64,000 bases of DNA from Octopus sinensis (GCF_006345805.1 NC_043014.1:4836001-4900000); one strand, 5' to 3'; shown: positions 26,986-41,218, numbered from the stretch's first letter. Numbers and translations are program-made. Notes: generated by a model not told the origin, from the sequence alone.

Positions 26986-28041
26986 CGTGAACACCGTGAC
27001 CGACGAGGCTATCAGTTGTTGATACACATCGCTGGTCACAATACGCTTCGCATTGTCTTAGCCTTCAAATGACGCCACCCCGCTGGCTAAGCGAGAAGAG
27101 CAACAGAAGAATTGGAGAAACTTGTAGCGAAAGAGTACAGCAGGGATCACCACCACCCCTGCCGGAGCCTCGTGGAGCTTTAGGTCTTTTAGTTCGATAA
27201 ACACTCACAACGCCCAGTCTCGGAATCGAAACCATGATCCTCCTACCTTGAGTCCGCTGCCCTAACTACTGGGCCACTGCGTTTCCACCCATAGACTCAC
27301 ACACACACACACATCACACATATATAAATACATATCAATATATACGTATGCACGTACACTTAAGCATACACACCATAAATATCACAAATATACGTATCTA
27401 GTTATACGCATACACACACACAAACGCACACATATATGTGAGTGGACATACACTGTATAGTGTGATTGTTCGTGTACAATTGAGCACGTGTGTCTGTGTG
27501 CGTGCGTTTGTGTGTGTGTTTGTGTTTATTTGTGCGTGTGTTTGTCCGTGTGTCTGTGTGTATGTATTTACATTCGTTCTTACATATTGTCATATATAAA
27601 AACCAACGTGAATTACAGTCAAACGTTACGAAATTCACCGATCTACATTGGCATTCGCACGTTTTATTTTAAGTTGGAAAGAAAAGATTGAAAAAAACTC
27701 GCCTCACTTCCGTTCCCGATGGAGAGAAATAGATAAATGTGTGTAAATATGTACGTATTCCTATGTGTGCGTGTGTGTGTGTTTGTATGTGTCTGTTTCT
27801 GTGCGTGTGCGCAAGTGTACATCTAGATATTATACTTAACACTAATATTAATAGGACTAAAAGTTGCAGCCACAGGGCATGGCCATGCTAGAACCCCACC
27901 ATTAGATTTTTTTCAATACGCACTTATTTCCCTCTCCAGGATTATGTCTGGTGAAAGAGCGATCGGACAGGAGTACAATTCCACCCTTCTTTGTGTTTAC
28001 TTGGGATGTGTGTATATGTATATATACATATATATATATAC

Positions 28042-28124
<83 letters not shown>

Positions 28125-28172
28125 TCAATGAATGGTGGGTTTGTGTTGACCGCACGTGGAGAAATGATAAGT

Positions 28173-28654
28173 AAGGAAAAATTTTTTTAAAAATGCAGAA
28201 TGCTCAAATGAAAGAAAATTTTAATAAAATGAGAAATTGATAAAATATATAAATATATATTTATTCAACCGGTTTTCGTCATTGTATGACTTGTCAAGAA
28301 TATTTATATTTTAAAAAAGTTTTTTTTAAAATTAGAAAGGGGAAAAAAAGAAAATTGCATTGTTTTTTGTAAAAGAATAATGATAAAAATGTACAAAAAT
28401 TAAAAAATAAGTTCTCCGATACATTGTGAGTTCGTTGTGTATCTTGAGTTTTATGGTTGTTTACGAAAAAATTACCTTGAGGTGTTAAGATCCAAAGGGA
28501 TTAAGAGCATGTGTTGTGTTGTTAAATTCAGCATGTTTGCAGGACAGGAAGTAGTAGTAATTGTGGTCCTGGTTCTTCAATTCCTGTGTTGTGAGTAAGG
28601 GAAGACAACTCTTTTGAGTTCTTCAATAAAACCCAAATTATAAAATTATCATTT
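28173..28654. repeat. Left arm of ~480-bp inverted repeat bounding the PLE
   Basis: Near-identical reverse complement of 31871-32349. Confidence 0.9.
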
Positions 28655-28931
28655 TAGCTTCATTTGCGTTATCTTTTTTATATAATTGCTTGTTAACTTA
28701 ACTTTCAGATTTTAACACTTTATTTATATTATTTTCTAATTATATAAATCTGCATAGACAATTGCATTTCAAATTGTCATATCATTTATAATAAAAATGA
28801 TAGTAATAACAACAATAGTAAAAATGATATTTAAAGAATATAAGTTTTAGCTTGAAGTGATGAATGCATGGTATCTTTATATATTTGTGTTAGTCCATCC
28901 ATGAAGAGTGAGGTAGAGAATGGAAGTTTGA

Positions 28932-29420
28932 TCAACGAGGAGTTTGCATATTAAGTTGTGTTTGGAATTTTTCAATAAAGAGATTCTCCTTGTTAATTCT
29001 CTCCTGTGTGGTGATCCCGTCTTTACATTGGTAGAAGGGGAATATATAGAATTTGGGGTTTAAGTCTTTAGCACATGAGTCTAAGTGGTCACTCAGTGGA
29101 ATTTGTCGGTATTCCGGGAGATTTATTTGTTCTTTATGCACCGTTACTCGTTTACGTAACGGGAGACTCGTTTGTCCAACATAATTATGTTGGCAACCAG
29201 CGCATGTGAGAACGTAGATAAGGTTCTCGGAGGAACAGGAGAAGTTAGTCTTGATTTTAAACTTCGTACCTTGTTTGAAGGTAAATTCAGAGCCTTCAAG
29301 TAGAAAGGGGCAGGTACCACAGTTTGAGCGTGCACATTTTTTTACTGTTGGGGGTGGATGTGGTGTGTGAAGTTTGGCATTTGTCAAGAGTTTTTTAAAG
29401 ATTTGTGTTGCCTTTTGCAT
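28932..29420 (-). CDS. PLE GIY-YIG endonuclease domain (open reading frame, part of defective element)
   Basis: CGTCP...SCSSENLIYVLTCAGCQHNYVGQT...R..H; CCHH-type PLE endonuclease signature. Confidence 0.75.
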   Translation of the reverse strand: MQKATQIFKKLLTNAKLHTPHPPPTVKKCARSNCGTCPFLLEGSEFTFKQGTKFKIKTNFSCSSENLIYVLTCAGCQHNYVGQTSLPLRKRVTVHKEQINLPEYRQIPLSDHLDSCAKDLNPKFYIFPFYQCKDGITTQERINKENLFIEKFQTQLNMQTPR

Positions 29421-30725
29421 TTGAGGATTTTGTGTGTATTTATAATGTTTTTCATTTTTGGGTCTGTTGACAGTAGACTGAGGTTTTGTATGATTGTGGT
29501 GTATGCTTCGATATTTTTGGGGTTGTGGGTGGAAATGTATGGAAGTATTTTGAGGTTGTGTGTGGTGTTAGGTTGGGTGGTTTTCAGTGTAGTGTTGTCT
29601 AGTTCTTTGGCGCGTTTTATTCCATACTCTATAAGGGTGGAGGGATATTGACGTTGTAATAGTGTTTTTTTGAGGTCTTGAAGGCGTATTTCTCGTGTTT
29701 TTGGATCCGAGACAATGGTGCATACCCTTTTAGCTAAATTGAAAGGGATATTTGTCTTGGTGTGTTTTGGGTGGCATGAACTAAAGAGGAGGTATTGTTG
29801 TGAGTCTGTAGGTTTGTGGTAGATGTCTGTTATGATTTGGTTCTTAGGTGTTTTTATAATTAGGAGATCAAGGAATGGGAGATGATGTTTGCTTAATTCC
29901 ATAGTGAATTGGATGTTGGGATGTATGTTGTTTAGTATGGTTTTGAATTCCAGGAGTTTTTCATAAGGTTCTTTCCATATGATGAAACAATCATCTAAAT
30001 ACCTTTTCCAGTTTTCCATTAGGTAGGTGTGGAAAACATGTCCAAATTTCTGGCTTGATATTTCATAGAGTGACAGTTCGAAGTAACCCATTAAGTAACT
30101 TTTGATGTGGGTAAGGAAAGGTTTCAAAAGGATGTCTAGGAAGTTACTCAGGCGGTGTGTTTCACAGGAGGTACCAGCCACGATGGGCCTTAGTTTTAGG
30201 TCCTCCGGTGCTTTGATGTTGATGTGGATGTCAGTGGAGAGTTTGCAGGCTTCGGTGATGTATTTGTTTTTATGGATTTTAGGAAGGCCATAAAAAAGCT
30301 GGGCTTGCATTTGAAAATGGTGATATAATCCCTTTCTTTTCTGTGAGTCCCTGACCGTGTTGGCGTATGAGTGTGGTGAGGTTTCTGATTGTTTTTTGCT
30401 GTTTGTAGTTGTTAATAACCTCATAGAAAATGTTATTGTTAAGCATGGAAAACACTAGGTGTTTATAAAATTCCGTGTCCATAAGGACCACAGCACTCCC
30501 TTTGTCCGCTTCTTTGATGGTGAGGTTTTTATCCAGTTGTATGTCACGTAGGTTTTCCCATTCTTCCTTACTGAAATTGGATTTTACCTTGATTTTGCTT
30601 GGGGTAAAGGGGAGACTCTGGATGTGTTTGCAGAAATCGTCCAGTGTTTTATTTCTCCCTTTTGGTGGTAGGAAGTTGCTTTTATTTCTGATCAATGAAT
30701 CGTCCCCATTGTTGATATCTGTCAA
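29384..30725 (-). pseudogene. PLE reverse transcriptase, frameshifted, with internal in-frame deletion
   Basis: Split over two ORFs; HIKSY joins directly to LMGYFE near 30095, lacking the DVxSLYTNI...GTAMG segment typical of PLE RT. Confidence 0.8.
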
Positions 30726-31870
30726 AGCTTCTGTTAGGCGAAGTTTTCTGCAGAATTCAGAAACGTCATCCTTTTGGGTGTTCTTGGGGTGGGTGTGAAT
30801 TTCAAACCTCTTGCTAGGATGTTGATTTGGGTTGGTGTCAGTGTTTTGCTGGAGAGGTTTATAATTTTTGTTTTCTTATTTTGGGTCTGTGTTAGCGGTG
30901 GTGTTTGTATTTTTCCCCTCTGTCTAAAAAATGGTTGTTGAGGTAAGGGGTTTATTCTTTGTTAAAGTTCTGGTTGTATGTGTAGGAGTGTTTTTGGGTG
31001 GGGAGGTTGGAGGGGGGTAGGTAGTTGTCGTATTTGTGTTGGTATGGGATGCGATGGTGTAAGGATTTGTGAGAAATGCGATGGGTTTGTGGGTGTGTGT
31101 CTGGTAGATTGTATGGGGTGATGTAGGGGGGTATGTAGTTGTGGTGATTGGGTTCGTGTGGGATGTGAGGGTTTGGAGATCTGTAGGAGATGTGGTAGGA
31201 ATGTGGTTGTTGGATGGGTGGACTATAGGGGGTTCGTTGGGTGGGTATTATATGTATCGGTGTGGGTAGGATGCCTTGTTTGTTATTAGTGTGAGGGAGG
31301 GGAGCCTTGAGGGGGGATAATTTCTAGTGTATGGGAGGTTCTTGAAGGTTCTAATCGGTGGGGGAGGGGTGTTAGAGTGATTGGAAAACTAGGTTTTGTG
31401 GTGGGTCTTGTTTGAGATGTTTCGGGGGGGAAAAGGTTTTTTATATGGTTGGGGGAGGTTGTGTCCTGTTAGGAGGGGGTTTGGAGAGTATGTGTATTTG
31501 AGGTGCGGTTTGGAATGGTGTTTATGGGGTACAGTGGAAGTTTGTGTTGTGGGTACTTTTATGAATGGGTTTTTGGATTTATGGTTTAATATGAATTGTG
31601 TTTCATAGTTGAGGAAGAAATCTTTGTTGTTTTCCCAGCGTTTAAGGGAGGTTCGTTCTTCCTTTTCACATTCATCTTTCCATAGTTTAATAACAAGTTC
31701 GAGGGGCTGTTCGTTGGTGTGTGAGGTTAGTTCTAGAAGTATCTCATCGTCTATTTTTGTGTATTTTTGTTCGTGGTTTTGTGCTCTGAGTTTTAGAAGT
31801 TCTACTTCGGTTTTCATTTTTTCCAATGTTAGTTTTTCTCTTAGGGAGCGTTGTTTTTCAGACGAACCTG

Positions 31871-32349
31871 AAATGATAATTTTATAATTTGGGTTTTATT
31901 GAAGAACTCAAAAGAGTTGTCTCCCCTTACTCACAACACAGGAATTGAAGAACCAGGACCACAATTACTACTACTTCCTGTCCTGCAAACATGCTGAATT
32001 TAACAACACAACACATGCTCTTAATCCCTTTGGATCTTAACACCTCAAGGTAATTTTTTCGTAAACAACCATAAAACTCAAGATACACAACGAACTCACA
32101 ATGTGTCGGAGAACTTATTTTTTAATTTTTGTACATTTTTATCATTATTCTTTTACAAAAAACAATGCAATTTTCTTTTTTTCCCCTTTCTAATTTAAAA
32201 AAAACTCTTTTAAAACATAAATATTCTTGACAAGTCATACAATGACGAAAACCGGTTGAATAAATATATATTTATATATTTTATCATTTCTCATTTTATT
32301 AAAATTTTCTTTCATTTGAGCATTCTGCATTTAAAAAAAATTTTTCCTT
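31871..32349. repeat. Right arm of ~480-bp inverted repeat bounding the PLE
   Basis: Near-identical reverse complement of 28173-28654. Confidence 0.9.
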
Positions 32350-32523
<174 letters not shown>

Positions 32524-32688
32524 GTAGATAGATTGATAGATAGATATGTATGTATATACATACGTAGCTATATATGTGTGTATGTATATATGATATGTAT
32601 ATATATATATGTGTGTGTGTGTGTATGTGGAGGTACAATGGCCCAGTGGTCGTAGGATCGCGCTTTCGATTCCCTGACCGAGGGGTGA

Positions 32689-32741
<53 letters not shown>

Positions 32742-33173
32742 TAAGGTATGTAGAAAAATACAACATGGACAAGAACGTATAACTCAAGAAAACGATACAA
32801 TAAACACGGACAGGACATTCGAAACCCTCAGTCTTCAGTCAAGAACCGGATCATCGTAGTAATTTCGGCTGATTAATATACATATATATATATAATTATA
32901 ATAAAGGTTTTTGGCAATAAGTTGCTTAAACCACACACCGAAAATGTTAGAAACAGAAGTCAAAGGCCTACCATTTCTATTACAACAATGGTAGAAATGG
33001 TAGCCCTTTGACTGCTATTTCTAATATTTTCGGTATGTGGTTTAAGCAACCTCTTGCAAAAAACCCTTATTATAATTATATAAATTTTTACCGTATATGG
33101 TCCTTTTCCATACCGAAATACTACTAGGTGAAATTTATTAAATTTTATTAAATTAATTATATTTCGCCCTTTA

Positions 33174-33220
<47 letters not shown>

Positions 33221-35302
33221 AATCCAAACGGGAAACAAAAAAACAACAACAATGGAACAATTACAGTATTATTATTAATAGGCGCTCAGGAAAAGGAAGC
33301 AGGGAGGTATGACGTTTCGAGCGGAGCTCTTCGTCGGAAACATAAAGAAGGAAGAGAGAGGAAAGAAAGATCCCAGAGCGGGCAACAGGGAAAGAGAAAA
33401 AAGACGACTGGTGTTTACGAGTTGCACATGGTGAAAGGCGGATGTTTACGAAAACAGAGCAAAGTGGGTTTTTAAAGGCAAAAGAGTGGAGACAAGGTTG
33501 GTAACGCAACAGATGTGTGTGTATGTGTGAGTGTGTGCGTGTGCGTGTGTGTATGTGTGTGTGTGAGGCGAGATGAAAAAACAAAAAAATATATATGTGT
33601 GTGTTAGTGTGTGCGTCTGTGTGTAGGCGTGTGAGGTAGGGCGCGAGATAGTGGTCAGCTTAGCAGACAAAGGTCAGTAGTAAGAAAAGAAGGAAGGAGG
33701 AAGGGAGGGAGGGGAAGGGGTGGGGGCGTATATAGCGTGCCAGCGTTTGTTGAGTAGTAGTGTGTGTGTGTGTCCAGTGTCGTGGTGGTATAAATGGCGA
33801 GTAGATTGAATGTGTGTAAGAGTAATGTATATATTTAAGCAATGTGTGTATATGTGTGCGCGCGTGTGTAACGAAAAAGGGGGGGGTTAAGGAAAAAGGA
33901 CTCCAGCTGAGGGGAAGATGGAAGAGTGGTCCCGCGGAGGCGGGCGTGGGAAAACCCAACGACACGCGACGGTCCCAGGAACGGGCGGGAGGTCTTGTCG
34001 GTTCCAAGAGCGAGGTGCCTGCGGAGCGTATGCGTACGCGAACCGGCGCAAGCGCGTGCGTGCGCGAGCCTGCGAGTATGTGCGTAAGTATGTATGTGTG
34101 TGGATGTGTGAGTGTGTCTGTGTGTATGTCCGGGTGGCAGTGTGTCCGATGAATGTATGTGAGTATGTGTGTATGTATGTGTGTGCATAGATGTATGTCC
34201 GTGTGTGTGTGTGTGTGTGTATGTGTGTGAGTGTGTATGTATGTACGTGTGGGTGTGGGGAAGTGTGTGTATGTGCATGTGTGTGCGCGTACATACAGGT
34301 GTGTGAGTGAGTGTGTGTGTGTGTATGTATGTGTGAGTGTGTATGTATGTGTGTGTAGGATGCATGTATGTGTATGGGTGTATGTATGCGTGTGTGTATG
34401 TATGTATGTGTACGTGCGTGTGTGTGTGTGTATGCGTGTAGGTGTGCGCGTGTGCATGCATGCATGCATGCATGTGCGTATGTGTGTGTGTGTGTGCATG
34501 TGTGTGGGTATATATGTATGTGCGTATATGTGTGTGTGTGTGCGTACATGTGTGTGTCTGTATGCATGTGGTGTGTATGTAGGTGTGTGGGCGTGTGTGT
34601 ATAGGTGTATGTATGTAAGTATGTATGGGTGTGTCCGTGTATGTGTGTGTATGTATGTGTGTGTATGTAGGTGTGTGGGCGTGTGTATATGTGTGTGTAT
34701 GTAGGTGTGTGGGCGTGTGTATATAGGTGTATGTGTGTATGTCTGGGTGTGTCCGTGCATGTTTGTGTGTGTGTGTGTATGCATGTGTATGTAGGTGTGT
34801 GTGTACGTGTGTAATGTATGTGTGTATGCGTGTGTATGCGTGGGTGTATGTATGTAGGTGCGTGTGTATGTGTGTGGGAGTGTAGGTGTGTGTGTGCGTG
34901 TGCGTGTGCGTGTTTATGTTGGTGTGTGCGTATGTGAGTGTGAGTGTATGGGTGTTTGTCATGCATGTGTGTGCGCGTGCAGGTGAGTGTGTGTGTAAGT
35001 ATGTGTTTGTGTATGTTTGTGTGAGTGTGTATGTGTGTATGTCTGTGTGTATGTATATGCGTATAGGAGTATGTGGGTATGTGTGTGTGTATGTATATGG
35101 GTGTATGTATGTATGTGTGTGTGTGTGCATGTGTATAAGTATATGTGTGTGTGCGTATGTGTGTATATGTGTATGTGTGTGTGTTTATGTATGTGTGTAT
35201 GTATGTGTGTAGGCGTGTGTGTGTAGATGTATGTATGGGTGTGTGTCCGTGTGTGTTTGTGTGTGTGTGTAGGTAGATGTGTGTGTCTGAGTGAGGGTAT
35301 GG

Positions 35303-35343
<41 letters not shown>

Positions 35344-35476
35344 TTACAGTGTCTGTGTGGTAAAACACTTGCTTCTTAACCACAAGGACGAATTGGACGA
35401 ATGCTTACCACTCTAACCTCCAGCTGACCAGAGCCATCTAAGTAGATTTGGTAGATTTAGACTGAAAGAAGGGTGC

Positions 35477-35514
<38 letters not shown>

Positions 35515-35769
35515 TGTACGTATCTTATGTATTATATATGTGTCTGTTATTGTCGCACCACTATCGCTTCTCAACAGATGTCGGTGTGTTTACGTCCCCG
35601 TTACATAGAGGTTCCGCTAGAAATACCGATAGAATGAGCACTAGGTTTACAAAAAATAATTCCTGAAGTCGATTTGTCCTACTAAATGCAGTGCTCCAGC
35701 TTGGCCGTAATCAAATGACAGAAACGGGTAAAAGAATATATTTATACACAAACACACACTACCACACAA

Positions 35770-35806
<37 letters not shown>

Positions 35807-36187
35807 GAGAGAGATAGACAGAGAGATACAGAGATAGATACACACACGCATATATATGTTTGTATACATGTATCTGTATATGTACAGGCATTAATATATA
35901 TTCATATATATGTATATGTATATATATGTATATACATATATGTATGTTTAGGTGTGTGCGTCTGTGTTTTCGTGTGTGATTACGTGTGTGATGGATGTTA
36001 TGTGTGTGTGTGTGTGCTCTATAGGAACATATGTACATGGTTCATGCATACATCCTTACATCCATCCATCCATCGGTACGTACATACATCCACATATTAA
36101 TACATACATACGTAAATGCATGCGTACATACATACATATATAAATACATAAAGACATACAAATATTAACACAAAATCCATGACTTAC

Positions 36188-36331
36188 CGTTTTCGATTTC
36201 TGTTCCATCTTTCCTATTCTTGAATCTTGATGAAGAATCACGATCGTCAGAACGAGAAGAACCCCAAAAGCTATGAGAGAAGAAATGGAATAACGCTGCG
36301 AAATATTCCTGGACAGTTGTGCGAAATCCAT
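36188..36331 (-). CDS. Gene C exon 1 (TM exon); full model 144+52+75+497 nt = 255 aa
   Basis: MDFAQ...KMEQKSKT, donor gtaagt; phases join without frameshift to exons 2-4. Confidence 0.8.
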
Positions 36332-37158
36332 TCTGGTGACAGTTGTCGGTCGTAAGTGATACTTCGTGTGGCTTCAACTAAAGATCGAGATGCGAGGTTT
36401 AAGCTGAAGACCTGTAACTGAATTCCACGTATTTATTGAGCGCACAATAACCCAGCTCTGGCATAGATCTTATCGTAAATTTATGAACCAATGCGATTGG
36501 TGGAACTGTAAAAGCGGGTGTGAACTTGTCTGACAGGTTTAATTATTGGAAAGAGATGGTTTGATATTGTCACACAATAATTAGCAAAATATTTTGATGA
36601 ATGAGAGACACGTGTAAAGTGAAATGATTCCTGTTTCTGGATATATTATGATATATTTATTTACTAATGTTGTTATTTAATTTTATTTGTTTATTCTTGG
36701 GAAACTGTTTTAATATTCAGTGTGGGAAGTATTTCGTTCAACCGACGAATACACAGACACACACAAAACACACACACACACACACACTGACACACATACA
36801 CTGACACACACACACACAAGCACACACTGACACAGACACCAACACACACACAAGCCCACACTGACACACAGATACACACACGCACACACACTAACACACA
36901 CACACACTGACATACATACACACACCAACACACACACCCACACACACCAACACACACACCCACACACACCAACACACACACCCACACACACCAATACACA
37001 CTGACACACACAATGACACAGACACACAGATACATTGTCTTACACACACACGCACGCTGACACACACACGCACCCACACTGACACACACACACACATACA
37101 CTGACATACACACACACACTGACACACACATACACATTCCCACACACACACATACACT

Positions 37159-37206
<48 letters not shown>

Positions 37207-38863
37207 CACACACTGTTTTAATATTCAGAGTGGGAAGTATTTCGTTCAACCCACAGAGTAATCGCAAGACTTAATCTAATGAAATCCGCTGTTCGGATTG
37301 GATTCTTCAAAACAAGCGTTAATCTGATTAGAAAAGTTTTATGTAAATATCAAAATCAAAACCTACCAATTCCCACCCACCCATACATACATATATACAT
37401 ACATACCCCCATACATGCATATATACTTACATACAGACACATATATATATACATACATGCACACATACATACACACATACATACAAACATACATACATAC
37501 ACACACATACATACATACATACATACATACTTTCATACATACATACATGTATGCATATATTTATACATACAAATATGTATGTATACATGTATACATGCAT
37601 GTATGTTTGAATGTAAGCATGTATATATCGATAGACACATATACACATACATACATATACACATACATACATACATACTTAAATCCATACATACATGCAT
37701 ACATACTTACATCCATCCATCCATCCATACATACATACATACTTGGTGGCTGCCCCCCTCGTTATCGAGTATGGGCATTGCACGAAGCTTAATCAATGTT
37801 GTTATCTTGCAATGCCTGTGCATGAAGATTTTTTTAAAGCGAGGAAAGGCTGTGCACTGTGTTAATCCCAGTCACTAAGCAACAGCAGCCATAATCCGAA
37901 AAGAAGAACAAGTCAACATCATCGGTAACCACTGAGCCGCAATTTTTATATCGGAGTTATCCAAGTTACCTGAGTTAACTTCTCAAAAAGGATGCCCTAG
38001 CAAAGTCTAGGAGTCCTTCGCTCCCAACGGTTTAACCGCGCGATCGGGTATTCAGTCCGATTATTTCTATGTCCCCGCACATGATACAGCCTTAAGACAT
38101 ATATTGGATGGCCGTTGACTCTCAAGAGTTCCTCCGCTCTTTGACGGGTTTTGTTTTTCATCCCGCAGGGTGTCCAATAAACTCCCTCCTCACCAAGCAA
38201 GCTTGGTGGGGTTGCCGGTTTAGTCGTCGACGACCCGACAATGCAACAGTTGTACTGGGTTACATGTTACCAGTAGCACTCGAAAGTGACCTGACATACA
38301 TACATGCATACATACATACATACATGCATACATACATACATACATACATGCATACATACATACATGCATACATTCATGCATGCATACATATATACATACA
38401 TACATGCATGCATACATACATGCATCCATGCATGCATACATACATACACACAAACATACATACATACATACATACATACATACATACATACATACATACA
38501 TACATACAAAAATATCCTGTTCATGTTGTTGAAATTCCAATGAAAGATACTTGGAACTAAGTTAGAAGCCGTCTCTCTTTCTGTTGGCCAGAAATATTCT
38601 ATTCAAACCGAATAATGACATTCATACATATTTTTAGCTAGTCATTATCACTAGCTTTGAATACTTTTCTTCTTGTTTTATAAATCATAGCAAAACATCC
38701 AGGTACAGTGTCTCCCATTTGAAACTCAATTCGCAAGTGCACCTTCCGTATGGACTGCATATGTACGACGGAATTCCATAGTTATGATTAAATATTCTTA
38801 GATGAAGCATATTAGACCCCTTAGATATAGTTTGACCAAATTTAATATATATATGTGTGTGTG

Positions 38864-38896
<33 letters not shown>

Positions 38897-38904
38897 TGTG
38901 TATG

Positions 38905-38945
<41 letters not shown>

Positions 38946-40454
38946 TTGTGTTTGTTTGTGTAACACTCTCTGTTTGGCCCTCGAAATAAGGTTAATTTGA
39001 AATAAGCTACAAAATAAATTTTACTGCCATGTCAGATTTCAACAAAGTCCCATAATTTTTGCTATTGTAATGGCGGGTTCCATATGCAGCTGCGCATGCT
39101 CTGTACAGCTTAAACACATGGCGGTCGTTTTAACTGTCTAATTATGCCGCTGAATCAAAAGATGAATTTGAAGATCTACCAGCGTCCGTATTCTCTGCAA
39201 TTGTTTACGATTTACAACCATGAAAATATTTTTAATCTAGAGATTGCAGATTTACCCATTAGACTAATAATAGTGGGATAGTAAACATTAATAATCTTTA
39301 ATCTTTATTGCAGCTTGATGTTGTTAACCGAAACCTTCGTTTATCTAACAAATATTCGACACACTCCAACATACTGTCATGAATCCTATTGGATATAACG
39401 TGACGGTCACAACATCTCAGCCTTCTTACACACAGCATCCGTGCTTGCCCTGACTATATTTGCTCTCTTTACTCTCACTTTTATGGGTGTTCTATTCGTT
39501 TCGCATGAAATGTATTCAGCTTCTAGGATCCATCTTTTCTTCGGTTCTGTTATGTTTACGTAGATGAGTGAAAGAAATCGTCGTATTTGATGTTCTCTGC
39601 TGTCGAAATGAGGCAATTTTTCCGGTTGATTTTCTTTCTTATTCTTGTATATCAGCGTTTAGTGTATGACCTGTATGTTGTGGGCATCGAGTTTCATTTT
39701 GTATCTTATCTTGAAGAGAGGTGGGAATTTTGTGATATAGATTTAGGTTGGCAGGACCAATACTCATTTATACTGTCTTTAGAAGGATTGATCGTGTAAA
39801 TTCCACACTCTCAGAAAGCTTAAATTGAACTTTTTGTGATATTTCTAAAGTAGACGATAAATAGGTTTTATAAGATATGGCGTTGGAATGGATCGGAAAG
39901 CTTTCCTGATTAATAACGGCAAATAGAATGGATTGTGTGGAAGTATCTGGTTGTTGTTGAAAGAATCAGTTAAATTCTGTGCTAAGTAATGTAGCGGTTC
40001 ATGGCTCCTTGTCAGAATCCGATTTATAATTTGAAAACCAAGATGTCTGAGATAGTAGCGTCGAGTATTAGATTTTCTAAGGCTGTGCACGAAAAGCTGA
40101 TATAATTCTATGGTGGTACTTTATTTGGGATTTGTTGAATCATGAGACAGAAGACAAAATACTGTTAAGCAAAATAACATTTTATTTCAACGATAAGTTT
40201 GATAAACTGAAATCTTACAAAATATTTCCTAGAATCATTTCAACAGATTTAGAATTTTCTTGTTTTTGAGGATATTTCTGGCATTCTACGTCGCCTCTTT
40301 TGTATTGTTTGAATATATTCTGTAAACTAGTATAACCGTTTATTGTAACGATAGACATACTTTAAAGAAAATATTAGGTAACACAATTGAAAATTTATGT
40401 TATTTATTAAAATTCACAGACATATTTTCATATGGAACCGAATTTAATTTCTAT

Positions 40455-40951
40455 TCAATATTTACTGCACACAACGCAGGTTAATTCTTGACCATTGACA
40501 TACGGTGGACATGGCAATGAACCACACCTAGCCTGAACGAAATATAATAGAGCTCCATCTTCGTTTCTGTAACCTGCTGGATCAGCTTCTGGTGCATGAT
40601 CCACACACACATAATCATGTCTGCCCTTATGCTTATAATGCTCGCTCATCAAATATCCTGAATACTCAGCTGTCCAACCATTGTTACACTTTGTCCTGGC
40701 TGGTAACATCATAACAACAGCAGGTTGACGTGTCAAACAGACAGCGCACGGAACGTTGTGTTGATGAAGTGATTTAGCGTTAGCAAAAGAAAAGAGTTTA
40801 TTTGAGTAGTGGCCTATTTCATATTCACTGCCATAAATGTAACCACCTTCTTCAACTTTAGTCGTATAATTGGCCCAAATGGGATCGTTAGGTAAACACA
40901 AGAGATTACTTCCACCACCTGTGTGGTCATAAAATTGTCCACCAACCACAC
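40455..40951 (-). CDS. Gene D exon 4: C4-like domain
   Basis: Acceptor ttcttaccaattctag|GT at 40952-40953; the longer track ORF reads into intron; TGA stop; AATAAA at 40403-40408. Confidence 0.9.
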
Positions 40952-41158
40952 CTAGAATTGGTAAGAATAAATCAAGTAAAAAAAGATAATAAGCAAAATT
41001 ATATATGAAATAACAGAAACATTCATTACAATTTTTCACTTAAAAGAAGTCATGTTTACTAGCGTGTGAACGAATTGTGGTGTATATATTAGTGTTTATG
41101 TGAGTGTAAGCTGTGTGTTGCTGTATGCTTGATATCATAGCTGTGCATTTGCATTCTC

Positions 41159-41213
<55 letters not shown>

Positions 41214-41218
41214 CGAAG

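Larger units (their letters stand above)
28173..32349 (-). mobile_element. Penelope-like retroelement (RT + GIY-YIG), defective, in gene C intron 1
   Basis: ORF pieces IKEADKGSAVV, FYGLPKIHK, LRPIV, YLDD, LPFLDL, YHKPTD, and NLIYVLTC..C..YVGQT; frameshifts; sits in a (TA)n tract; absent from other units. Confidence 0.92.

Noticed and set aside
32815-32845. CTGAAGA...GAATGTC and (at ~55235-55256) CTGATGA...GAAA hammerhead-like strings
   Set aside because: They lack A15.1 or any convincing stems I-III.
40952-41039. N-terminal extension of the 194-aa ORF (MKNCNEC...)
   Set aside because: It is intron read-through; a conserved acceptor lies at 40952-40953 as in the other three copies.
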